A stretch of 64,000 bases of DNA from Gracilinanus agilis (GCF_016433145.1 NC_058130.1:544677913-544741912), one strand, 5' to 3'. Positions 24,679-39,128 are shown, counted from the first letter of the stretch. Made by a program: numbers and translations. Notes: generated by a model from the sequence alone, not told the origin.

Positions 24679-24680
24679 AC
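24654..24680. repeat. (CA)n microsatellite
   Basis: Direct inspection. Confidence 0.9.
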
Positions 24681-27504
24681 CTCTTGCTCCAGTGTGCGGG
24701 CTTTTCTAGAATCTTATCTCCATAAATCTGCTATATTAAAACCTGGCACAAAACATACGCACATAGTCACAAACACTCTCCTTAAACATTAAGTAATTAT
24801 TCAGACTATTACCACCAGCAACGTTTTGTGACTGTCAATGGAAAGTGAACCGTGAAGAACAATAAGTTCAAAGGAAGCAAATAGAAATATATTTGATATG
24901 AAAGAAGACTGAAGACTTGAGGCAAAGTACCTATGTTACGGGGAAGTGATGGCAAGAAAATTCAAGCTTAAACACAGCTAGGTAGCTGAGTGGAAAGAAA
25001 GCCTACACCTGGAGACAGGAGGTTCTGGGTTCAAATGTGGCCTCAGACATTTCCTAGATGTGTGACCCTGAGCAAGTCACTTAACCCCAAGTGCCTAGCA
25101 TTTTCTGGTCTTCTACCTTAGAACCAATACTTAGTATTGATTTTTAAAACAGAAGATAAGGGTTTAAAAAAAGAAAAAGAATATTCAACCCACATAAACT
25201 GCTTCTTTTGCCCATCTGAAACATGACCTAAAGAAGATCAATAGCCACAATTATATCTTACATCTCCACTAAATCAAAACCAAGGGATCTGAATGGGAAG
25301 AAGTCTAACAATTCCGGTAGGCCATTTTCTCCTAGGATAACATCAAGTTTCAGTAAAGAGTCTGTCATATATGCATGATCAAATAATATTATTCTGGTTA
25401 AGAAAGTTAGTCTATGGTCTTAATCAATGATACATGTAAAACCCAGTGGAACTGTGCATCAGATAAGGTGGACTAGGGGGTTTTGGGGGAGAGGGAAGGA
25501 ACATGAAACATGTAACTACAGGAAAATATTAAAAATAAAAATTAAAAAAAAGTTATTCTATGTTATCATACTCAGATGACCAGTTTTAAAAGTATAAACA
25601 TGCAATTATAAACATCAATCATTAAAACCCATCCAATAACAACAGAATCTTTATGGTGATGTAAAAGGCACTTCAGGAATTCACAACGCCTCAGTTTTCT
25701 CATTTTTAAACATAGATAGTACTTTGTACACAGAACATAGATTAATAAATACTTGCTGACTTGAAGTTTTTAAAAGTCTTACCTTCTGTCTTAGAATGGA
25801 TACAAGTATCGGTTCCAAGATAGAAGAAAGGAAGGATGTGCAGATTTGATTTGCTTGACTACATATGTTTAGAATAGAGATTTTGTTTTTCTTGCCTTCT
25901 CATTGTGGGGACGGAGGATGGAGGTAGAGAGACAGAAGGCAGGTTTTGGTTTGGAAATTTTTAATTTAAAAAAATAAATCTTAGATCTCCCTGTAAGACT
26001 TCTTCAATGTCTACAACCTAAGCTCAGTCACCAAAGTATATATGCTACAATATGGCTGGTTCTGTGGTGAAAAATGGAAAACAATGTATTTTAAAGCTTA
26101 AAAAGATATTAGGATGCATGGTTTATATGAAATGCCAGAGGAAAAAAAGGAACTGAACATTTGGACTTGAAAACATTCTTTGAATACAACCACATTGAAC
26201 AAATTCCACAAAAACACTGGACAGGGAGAAAGTTAAACGTTGGATATTGGATGTGCAAAAGTCCTTGCTCTATTTTTTTTTAATAAACTTTATATATATC
26301 CAATTCAATTCAATCTGTCTTTCTATTTGTGCAATATTGAGCTCTTGTTATACGGTTTTTAATATTCTCTTTTCCTTTTCCTTTTCTTCTCCTCCCTACA
26401 TCTGTTTCTAAGTGATTAAAACCAATTCTGATTATTCTGACTTTATCATCACAACTGGAAGCATTGCAGGCTGTAAAAGCTGAGATACCTCAGCCTGGAT
26501 CTCAGTTTTCCTAGATGTTTTTCAGATGCAGAATGAAAATGAATTCTGGATGGAGATTTTTCAAGCCCCTTGGATTTGCAGTTTAGATTTCATTATTGTC
26601 AATAACAAAACAAAGTTCATCTTACTTAAAGACAAAAGAAAAAAGAACACCAGTAAAACACTAAGGAGTGCATTACTATGGATAGAAAATGTCTCCACCT
26701 TGTGTTTTGTTATAGTTCTTGCCTGATAAATTTGCAACCTGTAGCATGACTAGAGTAATATTACAAGTATTTTAAAAGATGTAATTTGCCTGTCCCCTTG
26801 AGTGCTGGCCCCTTCTGAATAGTCCCCCCTTGTGGTTTGTTCCCAAGGTTCTTAAAGTGACTTTAGAATTCATGGAACATTATTATTACATATCCAGAAT
26901 GTTAGCAAAATTGTGCTCTTTGAGGTCTATTTAGAGGATTTCTAAGCCAAATCTGGAAAGAAAGACGAACGGATCAAGAAGAACTATACCATTTAAAAAC
27001 TTGCAACAATCTGGATCTCACCTACTCTTTCAGTCTCACTTCATAGTACTTCTCGCAATCTCAATTCTAGTCAAATAGGCCTTCTAGCAGTTCCTGATGC
27101 AGGAAAATCCCATCTTCCATCTCTGTATGTTTGTTCATCATACCTGAAATGTCCTCCTTCCTCTTCTCCTTATTGAATCTCAGGCTTTCCTCAAAACTCA
27201 TCTGACCTTCGCCATCATCACCACCACCCTCCCAGGTACATGCTCTTATTTTTGGAATTGCTTTGTATATCCTTTATTTTTTACTGGACTTAACTTCTGT
27301 ACATGTTGGAATCTTTCAGCAATAGGGTCCTTGAAGGCAGAGATAACTTGGTTTTTGTATTGGTATCCTCAGCACCTAGCATGAAGTCTTATTCATAATG
27401 CGTACTTAATATATTGTTTAATTGAATTGCAATTTAATTTTATACAAAAAGTAGATCTGGGATTCTTATGTGGCTCACAGGTTCCGAGATAATTCTAAAA
27501 GAAA

Positions 27505-28130
27505 TGTTGTGGGGTTACAATCAGATGTTGTGGGGTGCAATGGTGAACCCCTGGGTTTGGGAAGGATACCTTTTGCAAGAATGCAAGACTCTGAAACTTA
27601 GCTTAAAAGTAAAAAAAGAGATTTTATTAGTATGATAGAATTATTGGCCAGCAAGACAGCATGAGTGGAACAACCCTGAGGGGTTGCTCCCAGAATGCTT
27701 CAGTTCAGGGGTTTTTATATTCTTTACAACAGTGAGTACGTGATGCTGTGTCATGGTGTGGATGTGACTCTAGAGTGGTAAACACTCAGGCATTTGATGA
27801 GATGTTTGGTCATCTGACTGGGGTCTGCCTGAAGACCCTCATACTTTAGGAACAGATGGATGCCTGAGATATAGCCTGATGGTATGGAGGTGTAGCCTGG
27901 AGGCGCATCTCTATATCCATCTCAATCTAAAGGAGGATCCAAAGATGATAATAATCTCAGAGTCTTAGAGATAGAAGTTATCAGATGTTCTTGGGTTAGG
28001 AGTCACAAGGACAGAAAGGAGCAAGGGAATTTCCCTGCTTATAGTTTGCCTGCGGTAAGGGATACAGTGCCCATGCCATCTCCCTACCATGCCCATGCTA
28101 TCTCTGTACTATGCCTATGCTAGAAAGATT
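27505..28130. mobile_element. LTR-like element with internal ~22-bp tandem units
   Basis: Starts TGTTGTGGGG (locally duplicated); gcccatgccatctccctaccat-type units at ~28067-28125. End uncertain. Confidence 0.4.
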
Positions 28131-28463
28131 CTAAACATTTTGAGCAATGGCCATTATTACTGGATCAAGTGAACAATCTCCCAAGGTGACTACCATACTT
28201 TGGGGGATAATATATATTTGTGGGTTCTAGGCTTTTATAGCCCCAAGCTATATGTAGAAAACAGTTGTTATTGCTTGGTTTAAAAGTACATATTTACACC
28301 CAGAACCCCTTTCCCTTTTCTTACTAGGGGTACTTCCTCTCTTGGTCATGTAGGAAATAATTAATATCTTTAATTAAATAAAACAATGACTCCCATTTCC
28401 AAGGCTTGGAGGGTATATTGCTTTGTTGAGTCCTGTTGCAAATAGGTTAAAAGACAAAGGAGG

Positions 28464-29079
28464 TGTAATTCTCTTCTTAGAGTTCTTCCAAAAAGCTCAA
28501 ACATAGAGTTAGGAGATAAGTCCATCTACCTGCGACCATTCTACAAGTGGACATTTGTCTTCCCAGAGCAGTCAAAGTTCTAGGATGATTTGGGATTTGG
28601 CATGAGGGCAAACTATCTGGGGAACAACTGATCCTGATCTGGGGGGAGGAGCATGTGAGCAGACAAGGAAAAAACTGAGCAAATGAGAATTAGAGAAGGA
28701 AGAAGGAAAAAAGGAAATAGTGAATGCCATCAGGAGCAGGATATGGGTAGTAGGGCCATAGGAAGTGTTGAGCCTTTTGACCTCTGTCATCCACTTCCTA
28801 CCCAGGGAGATAAAGATGATGATGATAGCCAGCCTATGTCCTGGGCAGAACCTGAACATCCGTTTGGAGCCAAAGACACAGAGAGAACAGTGGCATTCCT
28901 TCCTTCTCCCTTTTCCCTTTCTCTGGAGACCATTGAATGTATTATAAGTCATTTACTCAATTTAAACTCCTTGCTTCTCTCTGGGCTTGGGAAGCAAGAA
29001 ACTTTTATTCTGATATATTGTAGAAATAGAGAAATGTGATAAATTGTTGCTCAATAAAATTCAACGTTGTAGTGCTACA
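28464..29079 (+). mobile_element. ERV 3' LTR with preceding polypurine tract
   Basis: AAAAGACAAAGGAGG (28449-28463) directly before TGTAATT; AATAAA 29053-29058; ends GCTACA at 29079. Confidence 0.6.
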
Positions 29080-29721
29080 TGTTGGTTAATATTTTGTAGA
29101 CATAAAGCAGAAGGGAGAGAGAAAGGGAGAGCTTAGATTTTCCTTTTTGGAGATGAAAGACTTTGTTCAACTCACAGTCGGATTTTTTAGAAGCATTAGG
29201 ATAAAGTGAAGGGGATCAATAATGAACCGAATGCTTTAAGCCTGGCAATAGAGCCAGAATCCAGGTGCCTCTAGAAATAAAATGGCAAACTGGGAAGTCC
29301 CGGAGGTTGTAAAGGAAGAAAAATATTGGCATTTTTGTTACTCTCCCTTTCCCTGGTGTCTTGCCATAGGGCACAGTGGGCTTCGAAAGGAAAGCCATCA
29401 CTCCATGAACAGATGGAGAAGGGGAGTGATTTGCTTGGAAAGTGAAAGTCATGACCCTGAAGTGAGCTGCCAGGGAAACTGCCTACATCAAAGAGAGAGT
29501 ATACATTATTAGAGCATGTTCAGAGAGGTCTTTCAGCTTAGTGGATGATTGACAGACAGCTCAGCCTCCCTCCCTGCCATCTCCTGTTTACAGATGTACC
29601 CTATCATTGAAATTAAATTTAGCACTATGGGTATGAAGTGATGCAGATGTCAGATTTTTTTTTGGATGTGTTGGTTATGTAAGTTACACCCCCTTTCAGA
29701 TCTGATCAATTTAATTTGTGG

Positions 29722-29927
29722 GGGCAGCTGGATAGCTCAGTGAATTGAGAGCCAGGCCTAGAGACGGGAGGTCCTAGGTTCAAATTTGGCCTCAGACACT
29801 TCCTAGCTGTATGACCCTGGGCAAGTCACTTAACCCCCATTGCCCACCCTTACCACTCTTCTGCCTTGGAGCCAATACACAGTATTGACTTCAAGACGGA
29901 AGGTAAGGTTTATAAAAAAAATTTTTC
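29722..29927 (+). mobile_element. Young SINE1_Mdo-like SINE, 11-bp TSD
   Basis: TSD TTAATTTGTGG at 29711-29721 and 29928-29938; retains CpGs. Confidence 0.9.
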
Positions 29928-32900
29928 TTAATTTGTGGAAGAGGGCAGAAAAGGAGAGCTTGTATCTCCCCCCATTGCCAAGCTGATTAAGTAAAAAAAA
30001 AAAATTGCCACTAAAAAGCTTATTGTGTGAATAGCATACTGCAGGGAATTAATTGGAAAAAAGAATCTTTCCTTCTTGACAGAACTGGTTGGTGAAAAAA
30101 TAGGCATCTATGCCTTACCTGACTCTATCTAATGCTTCACCCAGATTTCCCACACCAGTTACCCCTAGAGGCCTCAGAAAATGATTCTAGCCTCAAGACC
30201 ATCCCCTCTAGGAACCCGGCAGGATAGTGTTGGAGTCACCCTGAATCAGCTCACAAGAGCAAATTGTTAAATTTTCAGCATTAGCATTTACACTTCAGAA
30301 ATTAGCAAAGTTAATTAATTAATCAAAGCTTGATTTTTTTTGTTTGATTGTTAAAACTTAAGTTATGAAAAAATGCCAACAGTGCAGATTGAATTTAAAA
30401 GTATATCAAATAAAAAGAATTTAAAAGTACGGCAAGGATGGCTCAGTACATAAAGGGCCAGGCTTGGAGCCAGCAGGACCTACAAGTCTGGCCTCAGATA
30501 CTTCCTTGCTATGTGACCCTGGGCAAGTCATTTAACCTCAGCTGCCTAGCCCTTTTGTTCTACTGTCTTAGAATTAATACTGACAGAAGGTAAAGGTTTA
30601 AAAAATGTATATCATGCATATTTTTTAAAAGAAAGCCTATCATTAAATATTTAACAACATGATTCCAGGTAGAAGAGTTGCTCATGGCCACATGACTTGT
30701 CCACACTACAGCTAATTTTACTGAACTGTTTTTTTTATTCTTTGCCATTAGGTATAACTGAAGGTGAGGATTGTGATACACTGGAAAATGTAGGTGATTT
30801 CAAAACAAAAGATATCAACAGAAATGTATGTTTAAAAAGAAAATAAATGTAGTAGGTATACAATTATAATGACCATTCTTGGTCCTGGAGAAAAGCAGCA
30901 AAAGTGTGGGGGCTACAGATGTGGTAGCTGAACTATTTTGGTGAAGTCTTTGTCTTTTCTCTTTTTTGTTCTTTGTTACAAAGCATGGCCCCCAGTCTTT
31001 GAAAATGAAAATGCTGGAAAAACAAAAGAGCATTTTTTTTCCATAAAAAATGAATCCACTGGATAGAATATTGCTTGAAGGCAGGAATTAGTTTTGCCTT
31101 TATTTGAATCACTAGTGCCTAACCTAATGCCTGGTTATTAGCTTGGATGAATGGATTTATTTGCTATCAGTGGGAGGAGAAACAAGTCTTGAATACTTTG
31201 CTTGGGCATGCCTTACCCATAAAGAGACATAGATCAGGAAAGCAACTTGAATTTACAAATTATTTCTCCTAGACTAGCACCATTTAGGAGTATGGAGATA
31301 TACAATTTTAATCTGGTACTTTTTTTCTGAGTGGAGCAGAGTGGCCAGTCCCTGGCCCATCTCCTGCTCTTCTCTCCCATCTGCCCAAATCAGATCTCTG
31401 GGAGAAATATGAGTAGAAGAGATTCTAGAGATATCTTCTCATGTACCTCTTGCCACATCTAAGCAGATCTATATGGACACATAACATATATGAGCAAAAA
31501 CAACACATGGTACATATGGAAACTCAAGCTGATAAAGGCTTGCCCATGATCATGCAGTAAATTTCGGAGGAAGGATTGGAACTCAGGTCTTCTTGATTTG
31601 AAGTCCAGCACTCTATCCATTATCTTACCTACAAGAATTGGAGACAAAGACTCACTTGTGAAGTAGTAAGAGTTCCTTATGCTTAAGAGAGTCTCCAAAA
31701 GAGACCTTTTATGAGGCATAGCATTGTGATGGGCTATTTACAAGAGAAGACAAAATTATAGAAGAGTGTGTGGGTTTGAACTATATAATCATTTGCGGGT
31801 TTTCATCATATGGAACAATTCTAGATCATAGGGTCATCGATCTAGCACTTAGAAAGTATCTTAGAAGTTATAGGGTTAATGCAAATATCAACAATATGGA
31901 AATAGGTCTTGATCAATGACACATGTAAAACCCAGTGGAATTGCACATTGGCTATGGGAGGGGGATGGAGGAGGGAAGGGAAAAAACGTGAATCATGTAA
32001 CTATGGAAAAATCCTTTAAATTAATTAAATAAATAAAATTTTTCAGATGAAGAAATAAGAACTAAAAAAAATGAACAAACAAACTCTTCTGGTCGACAAA
32101 ATAGGTCAGAAGAAGATGATGCATGTGAGGAGGGAAAAAAAGGAAGAAGTCATAGGGTCCAATCTCTTCATTTTACACATGAGAAAACTGAGACCCAGGA
32201 AAGTGACTTGTCCAAGGTCACAAGTAAGTACCAGAGGTGAGATTTGAACCAGAGTCCTCTGACATGAGTTAGAACTCTCCTTTATACTGATATATTCTGT
32301 CTCCAAATATGTAGTTGCGAGTTGGATAGTGCTCTAAGAAGTGACAAATATTGAATTCAGGAAGCTAAGAAGAAAGGAGGGAAAACTGGGTGGTAAAATG
32401 GATAGGGTGCCAGGCCTGGAATAAGGGAGACCTACTTACTAGCTGTGTGGCCCTGGACAAGCTATTTAACTCTGTTTACCTCTGTTTCCTCATCTGTGAA
32501 ATGAATTAGAGAAGGAAATAGTAAACCTCTCCAGTATCTTTGCCAAGAAAACCACAAATAGGGTAACAAAGAGTAGGACATGACTGAACAACAAAAACAA
32601 CAACAAGGGTATTATTTCAAACAAACTGCTAAACCCAACATAAAAATATAATGATGGCTTCTTTAATTTCATTTGCTGTTTGTGCTTCTGAACAGAACGT
32701 TATTTAACTGGCACTAATGGAATAAAGATGCTGTATAGACTATTTATAGGACTGGATTACACTGATTAGTCCGACTTAGCCTACTTTTTTTTTACATCGT
32801 GGAAAGTTGGAGATCTTGCAAAAGAAGAGGACTCACGATGAAACATGTACCTACCTCCTGTCCGAGAGGTAAAGGACTCAGGGCACAAATTGAGACATAG

Positions 32901-33018
32901 ACGTGGCTAATGAAGGAACTTGTTTTGCTTGACGAGAACAAATTTGGAATAGGGGTTTACGATGGATAGAAAGAGTGGATTCTAATTTTTAAAAATTTTA
33001 ATTAAAATATCTTACGGA

Positions 33019-33130
33019 CTGTGTGACCCTGGGCAAGTCACTTGACCCCCATTGCCCACCCTTACCACTCTTCCACCAAGAGCCAATACACAGAAGTTAA
33101 GGGTTTAAAAAAAAAAAAAGAGAGAGAAAA
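33019..33130 (+). mobile_element. 5'-truncated young SINE, 15-bp TSD
   Basis: TSD AAAATATCTTACGGA at 33004-33018 and 33131-33145; body starts at CTGTGTGACCCTGGG, so the tRNA head is missing. Confidence 0.9.
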
Positions 33131-36001
33131 AAAATATCTTACGGAACAAAATGACGATTCTAGCCAATGTTCTTTTCTCTTTGGTCTCTGTGAATGGAAA
33201 CCCTAGTCTGAGTTTTTAGCTCTATGCTAGAAATTTCATTCAAATGAAAAAAAAAATTCTCTAGCTGCTTTCCCAGAACTGATAATGTCCTCTAGATAGT
33301 GACAGTAACAAGCTAAAATGACCTTCCAGAAATATGAGGTAGTGCAAATTACTGGGAAGCAATTAGATGTTGTTACCTAATAAAAATGCAATAAATATTG
33401 TGCGATGAAATCGCACAGGAAATGAAATGATAGAAAAAAGGCCAACTTGGAATGTGAGATAATAAAAAATCACTTAAACTTTGAATGACCTTGAGGAACT
33501 TAAGGGACATGGCATGCGCAGTGTTTTTCTAGGTCCCTCCAAAAGCATGTCGAGATGTCTTCCTAACTAATGAACAGAACTCATACTTTCCACACTGTGT
33601 ATCTTGCCTTGGACAGACTGGCTGGAGACTATATTCGACCGTGTGGCCTTCTGCTCAAAGGTTACCTGGCTTCCCCTCCACCCTGGTCCTCCTTTGGGTT
33701 GTATCAGTAAATGAGACGATCAATACCAGGGAGGCATCTTGTCTGTAGCAGAGGGAAGAGGAGCTTCTGTCTTTGATGATTCAGAACAGTGGTAAGCCCA
33801 GGGTGGGATCACCCTGGGGTTATGTGTCTTAACCTAAAAAAAGTGACTGTGGCATGGAGTTCCTATATGATTTCCTACAGATGTTCTCGATTTTCCATGA
33901 CTTCACCTTTAAATTAAAAGAATCTCTGCCCTCCAAAGTATTTGAAAACGACGACATGTGCATGAATTTAAGCTTCACTCATCTGCTCTTACAAGGAAAG
34001 AGTTATACTGGGATTTTTTTGACTTTAAAAAATGGTTGTCATTTTCAAATTCCTTGTATGTAAAATGACTCCCAATTGGTTTTCTATAGGTATTCATATT
34101 GTTTTGTTTGGCTCACTCAATAAGATTGTATATGTTTTTTGAAATATATTTAGCTAGTTAGCAAATTAAGTCATAGATAAATAAGTAAGTTTGTAGTCTA
34201 TTAAATAAGAAGCACCCTAGAGATGCCTGTTTACCTACAATGTTCTCCAGTGTCATATAAAAACTCTGCACAGACTCCAAACAAAAGAAGATTCCCTAGT
34301 GTTGGTAAATACATGTGTATTAATTGCATCAAATTCTGTAACACCACAAAATCTCAATGAAATCCTTTTTTAAAAAAAAAACCCTTACCATCTCTCTTAG
34401 ACTCTATCAGTTCTAAGGCAGAAGGATGGTAAGGGCCAGACAAACAGGATTAAGTGACTTGACCAGGGTCACACAGCTGGGAAATATCTAAGGCTAGATT
34501 TGAACTCAGGACCTCCCATCTCCAGGCTTGGATCTCTATCCACTCCTCAATGAAATCTTTAGAAATGTGTGAAAAATTGATCTAAATCAAAGAAAAAAAC
34601 AAATTATGAAAAAATGCATATTGATCAGATTATGACTTGAGAAAGTTAGGTGGCACATTGGAGTTGGGATCAGGAAGACCTAAATTTGAATCTTGATTCA
34701 GATACTATTAGCTGTGTAACCCTAATCAAGTCACTTAACTTCTGTCTACATCTACGGTTTTTCACATGATAGCAACAATAGCACCTATCTTGCAGGATTT
34801 TTGTGAAGATCAAATGAGACAACATAGCAGGTACTTAATAAACGAGTATTTCCTTCCTTTCTCAATTTCCTCATATATAAAATGGTAGATGACAATCTAT
34901 GCCATACAGTGATTGTTAGAATCCAGGGAGGATTCTGTACCTGTAAAGTGTTTTGCAAACTTAAATTTCTATATAAATATTAACTATTTTTTTATTATTA
35001 TGATATGAAACCAGAAGTATAGCTTTTTAGGTTAGCCCACAAACACAGAGAAGGCTGAAAATAAACAATGTCAAATTCCATAGGGAGATCAGGAAGGACA
35101 AGAACAAAGAAGAGGCCTTTGCTTTAACAAAAAATGGACCTATTTATTGCCTTGACAGAGCAGCTTTTTTTTTGAGTGGTAAAATTAGAAGTCAAACTGC
35201 AAAAAGCTGAGAAGTGAGAGATAAGAAAGTGGAGGTGACAAATTGAGGTAGTGATTGATGAGTTTGGCTATAGAATTAGTGAATTCCTATCTATCTTTTA
35301 AAGTCTTATTAAGGGGGAAAGGAAAAGAACCCATATGTTCCAAAATATTTATAGCAGCTTTCTTTGTGGTGGCAAAGAACTGGAAATTGAGGGAACGCCA
35401 TCCATCGGGGAATGGTTGAACAAATTATAGTATGTGGTTGTGACAAAATACTCCTGTACCATAAAAAAACTATTGAGCAGGCTAATTTAAAAAAAAAAAA
35501 CTTGGAAATTACTACATGGGATAATTAACAGTGAAATGAATAGAAAGAACTAAGAGAACATTATACACAACTGTAGAATTAATACTAGAAGAATAAATTG
35601 TGAATGTTACCTCCAAAAAGTGAACTGAAAGACTTAATTTAAATTAATGTATTGGTCTCCCCAATAATGCAGGAGGATAGGGAGAATCTGAGACACTTGT
35701 GGATGGGATTTATGATGTAGATGTGAAGAAAAATAAGCTAAATATATAAGATTTGTGATTTCATGTATGTACAATCTCCTTTTTATGAAAATGTCTGTTT
35801 TATTTGTGTTTTTTTATTTGGAATTTAAAAAATTTAAGTCTAATTCAAAATCAATCTCTACAAGAAAGCTTTTCTTAGTCCCCTATACCCTTTCCCCATA
35901 CCCCCATTGATAATGAGCCGCCCACTTAGGGAGTCTTTCTTTTCTCTTTTTACCATGGACACCAGTGGCACAATAGTAGGTGCTTACTAAATGTTTATTG
36001 A

Positions 36002-36181
36002 GGAGCAGCTAGGTGGTTCAGTGGATAGAGAGCCAGACTTGGAGACAGGAGGTCCTGGGTTCAAATCTAGCCTCAGATACTTCCTAGCTGTGTGACCCTG
36101 AGGAAGTCACTTTGCCTAGCCCTTATCACTTTTCTGCCTTGGAAATGATATTGATTCAAAGATGGAAAATAAGAGTTTTAA
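36002..36181 (+). mobile_element. SINE1_Mdo-like SINE inserted in an L2/MIR-type tail, 14-bp TSD
   Basis: TSD TAAATGTTTATTGA at 35988-36001 and 36182-36195. Confidence 0.88.
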
Positions 36182-36202
36182 TAAATGTTTATTGACTTCT
36201 TA

Positions 36203-36270
36203 CAACATTTTGTTCCAATATTTGTTCCAGTATTTTGTTCCAACATTTTGTTCCAGTATTTGTTCCAATA
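36203..36270. repeat. Short minisatellite, five 12-13 bp units (TTTGTTCCA core)
   Basis: Direct inspection. Confidence 0.85.
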
Positions 36271-36421
36271 CCTCCCATGGTATTATATATACTAAGTACA
36301 AAATTTATATATAGTGAATAAACAAACAAATAAATAACACTAAATCATTAATTGCTTCCTCCAGAGATCACCTATATGAAGTAATATAATTTTATTATAT
36401 TTTATAATTTTATAATAAGAC

Positions 36422-36874
36422 TGTTAAAATGTCATAACCCAAATCCTGCTAGTGAAAAACTCATCTAAATGTACCCTAATTTTCACTCCTATTGAAGATA
36501 TAAGTGACAGGGGCTACACAGAAAAATGTGACAAGTTCTTTCATTGAGTACATGACAAAGAAGAAAGGACAAATGTGACCGGCTTCTCTTAGGGAAGTTT
36601 CTCTGCCTGCCAGCCACGGATGCTGTGATCTTCCTTAGAAAATCAATAATCTACCTGGATTATAATAATAACATTAAACTATTTCCTTCTTAATTTGTAT
36701 TCGTATCACAACTAATTTGGTTCCTTTTTCTTTGGAAGTTTGTCTTTAAAAGGTTGGAGGTGGCCTGAGCTTGAGGCGAGGCCCATACAACCCTAAATGC
36801 TTTGCTTAATAATAAACTCCTTCTGCTATAGTTTATTCCTAAATCTGCCTAATTTTAGGGTTGAAACACTAACA
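36422..36874 (+). mobile_element. Solo LTR-like element
   Basis: TGTTAAAA...CTAACA ends; AATAAA near 36811; no clean TSD. Confidence 0.5.
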
Positions 36875-38422
36875 GAATTTTTTTTCTTCCAACACTACTT
36901 CAATGTTAAAAAAAAAAAAAAAAAACCTCAACAATAGCCTTTAGTTACTCTAACAACTAAAGATCAGCCCATCTCTTCCCATCCTTTTCTCCACTCTGCT
37001 CAGCTCTGTTCTTTACCAGTAGCATCACCCAAACCTATAAGCATGACCTAGAAGTCACTCTGATGGTTAAAAAACGATTCTAATCAGTGGATGGGCTGTG
37101 AGACCTCTGCCTACCACCCCTTTTTAGATTCTTCTTTTTAAAAATTAATTAAATTTTTCAGTTACACGTAGAAACAATTTTTGACAATTATTTTCTGACA
37201 TTTTAGGATTCAGATTTTCTCCCTCTCTCATCCCACCCTCTCCAAGTTGGTGAGTATTTTCATATTGTTTATACCAGTGCTTTCATGCAATATACATTTC
37301 CATATTTGCTCATGCCATGTCAGAAGACACTTATCACACACATAATAATAAAAATTCATGAAGGAAATAAAGTAGAAGATGGAATCTGCATTCAGACTCC
37401 AATAGTTCCTTCTTTAGCTGTGGATAGTGCTGGTCATCATGGGCCATCAGTTTCTTCTTATGTGTTACCTTCCTCCACTAGATAGGGAGCTTCTTATCAT
37501 CTTAGGATTATCGTAGCACAATGTCTGGCACATCCGTGGCCACTTAATTATAGACTCTGACTCTGATCTGAAATCTAGAAAACCCTGAGTTCAAATTCAG
37601 TCTCAGATACTAGCTTTATGAGCTTGGGTAAATTGCTTAATCTCTCTCAGTCTCCTTTTCTTCATCTCTGGATTGGAGATGATAAAACACATACCTCCCA
37701 GTATTGTTGTGACAAAAAAATAAGACAATATATGTAAAATGCTTTGCAAACCTTAAAATGCTATATAAATGCTAGTTATTATGATATAGCAAATACTGTG
37801 GGGAAAAATAATTTTTATTTAAGCTCAAGGAGCTTACATTATAATAGGAAAGACATACATAAAAGGGAAGAAGGGATATGTAGAACGATGGTAGGCATGA
37901 CTGGTAGAGATGACTATAAGAAAAGCATTTCAGGAAAGGAGATTTCTTGAAATTGTGGGCCAGGAGAGAGAGCCATTAACTAGGATAACCAGGCCACTAG
38001 ACAGAAGTTCTGACGACTAAATTCCCTGGTGCATCTCTCCCAGGGTCATGGATATGGTAGCTACTTAATCTTTATTGATTTTAGTTAATAAATACTTATT
38101 AAATAGAAGAAAGCCAAACAAAGTCTCAAATCTCCAAGAAAGGGAATAAGATGGGAAGGCCAAAATGAAACATCCGGCTGAAAGTTTTAAGACGTAATTC
38201 TAGGAGAACCCAAAGAGGAGAAAAAGGTATTCTGAAGCAAGGAGACCTGACTAGGGGTATTAAAAGGTTCATTCACTAGCTTGAAAGGGAATCTGTCAAA
38301 GCAAAGAGATTTTATACCAATGGATCAAGTTTAAGGAAGGGTAGTCTGCAATCGCAGGTGCCTGTAGCTTTTCCAGACTGAATACATTGGCTACCAAGTT
38401 CCTTACACATTAACAAATAGGG

Positions 38423-39128
38423 TGTAAGGGGGCAAAATGTGTAAGGGGTCAAATAAAAGGTTGAACTAAATTATTTAAGAGTAAGGTCACCAGGAATTAA
38501 TTAATTAATTCCAGATGATTTTTTTTTTAGCAATTCATAAAATAGAGGGAAAGAATAAAAGTAGAGAAATGAGAAGAGGACAGAGTAAGAGATCTAACTT
38601 AATAAGCTAGACTATGTGCTCAAGCCCTGGCTTACTCCAGCACAGCTCCAGTAGCCCCAGCCAGAGGACCTAAGGGTCAATTAACAAGGGTTTTAGCCAA
38701 GAGGTCTCCTCCAGATGAGGGGTCTCTCAGGAGGCTAGTACCTCCAGGAAAAAGCCAAGGAAGGGAGTCAGCCTTTTTCACTCACTCATGTGACAGTTCT
38801 AAGGAGAAATATAAAGCAGTCCAAGGTCCTCAGCCAGAGGTCCTCCAGGGTCCAGTTCAAGGAAAAAGACTTCCTCATAGGAAGTTCTTGTCACTTATAA
38901 AGACCATTCCTTTCATCACTTCCTGTGCCTTCCTCCCACTTTATGTGTACCAATTACAGCTAAAACTTTGCTTAGGACTGCCCAGGGAGCAGTCAATCAA
39001 TTCTGATTTGTCATTTACTATTGCACACTAGGGTCACAGACCTCCCCCACTTAAAGATAAGCGGGATGTTTACACTTCTGCTGATTAAATCTAAAAATGG
39101 GCAGGAGGAAAGTTAATCCATCTTCACA
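38423..39128. mobile_element. Solo LTR (probably minus orientation)
   Basis: TGTAAGGGG start (duplicated with 17-bp period at 38423/38440) and ATCTTCACA end; GC-richer interior. Confidence 0.6.

Noticed and set aside
26476-26512. Small hairpin AAAAGCTGAGAT...ATCTCAGTTTT
   Set aside because: Too short for a pre-miRNA and compatible with chance.
28572-29039. Overlapping 126-aa and 118-aa ORFs
   Set aside because: Lie inside an LTR-like element; no recognisable domain or splice context.
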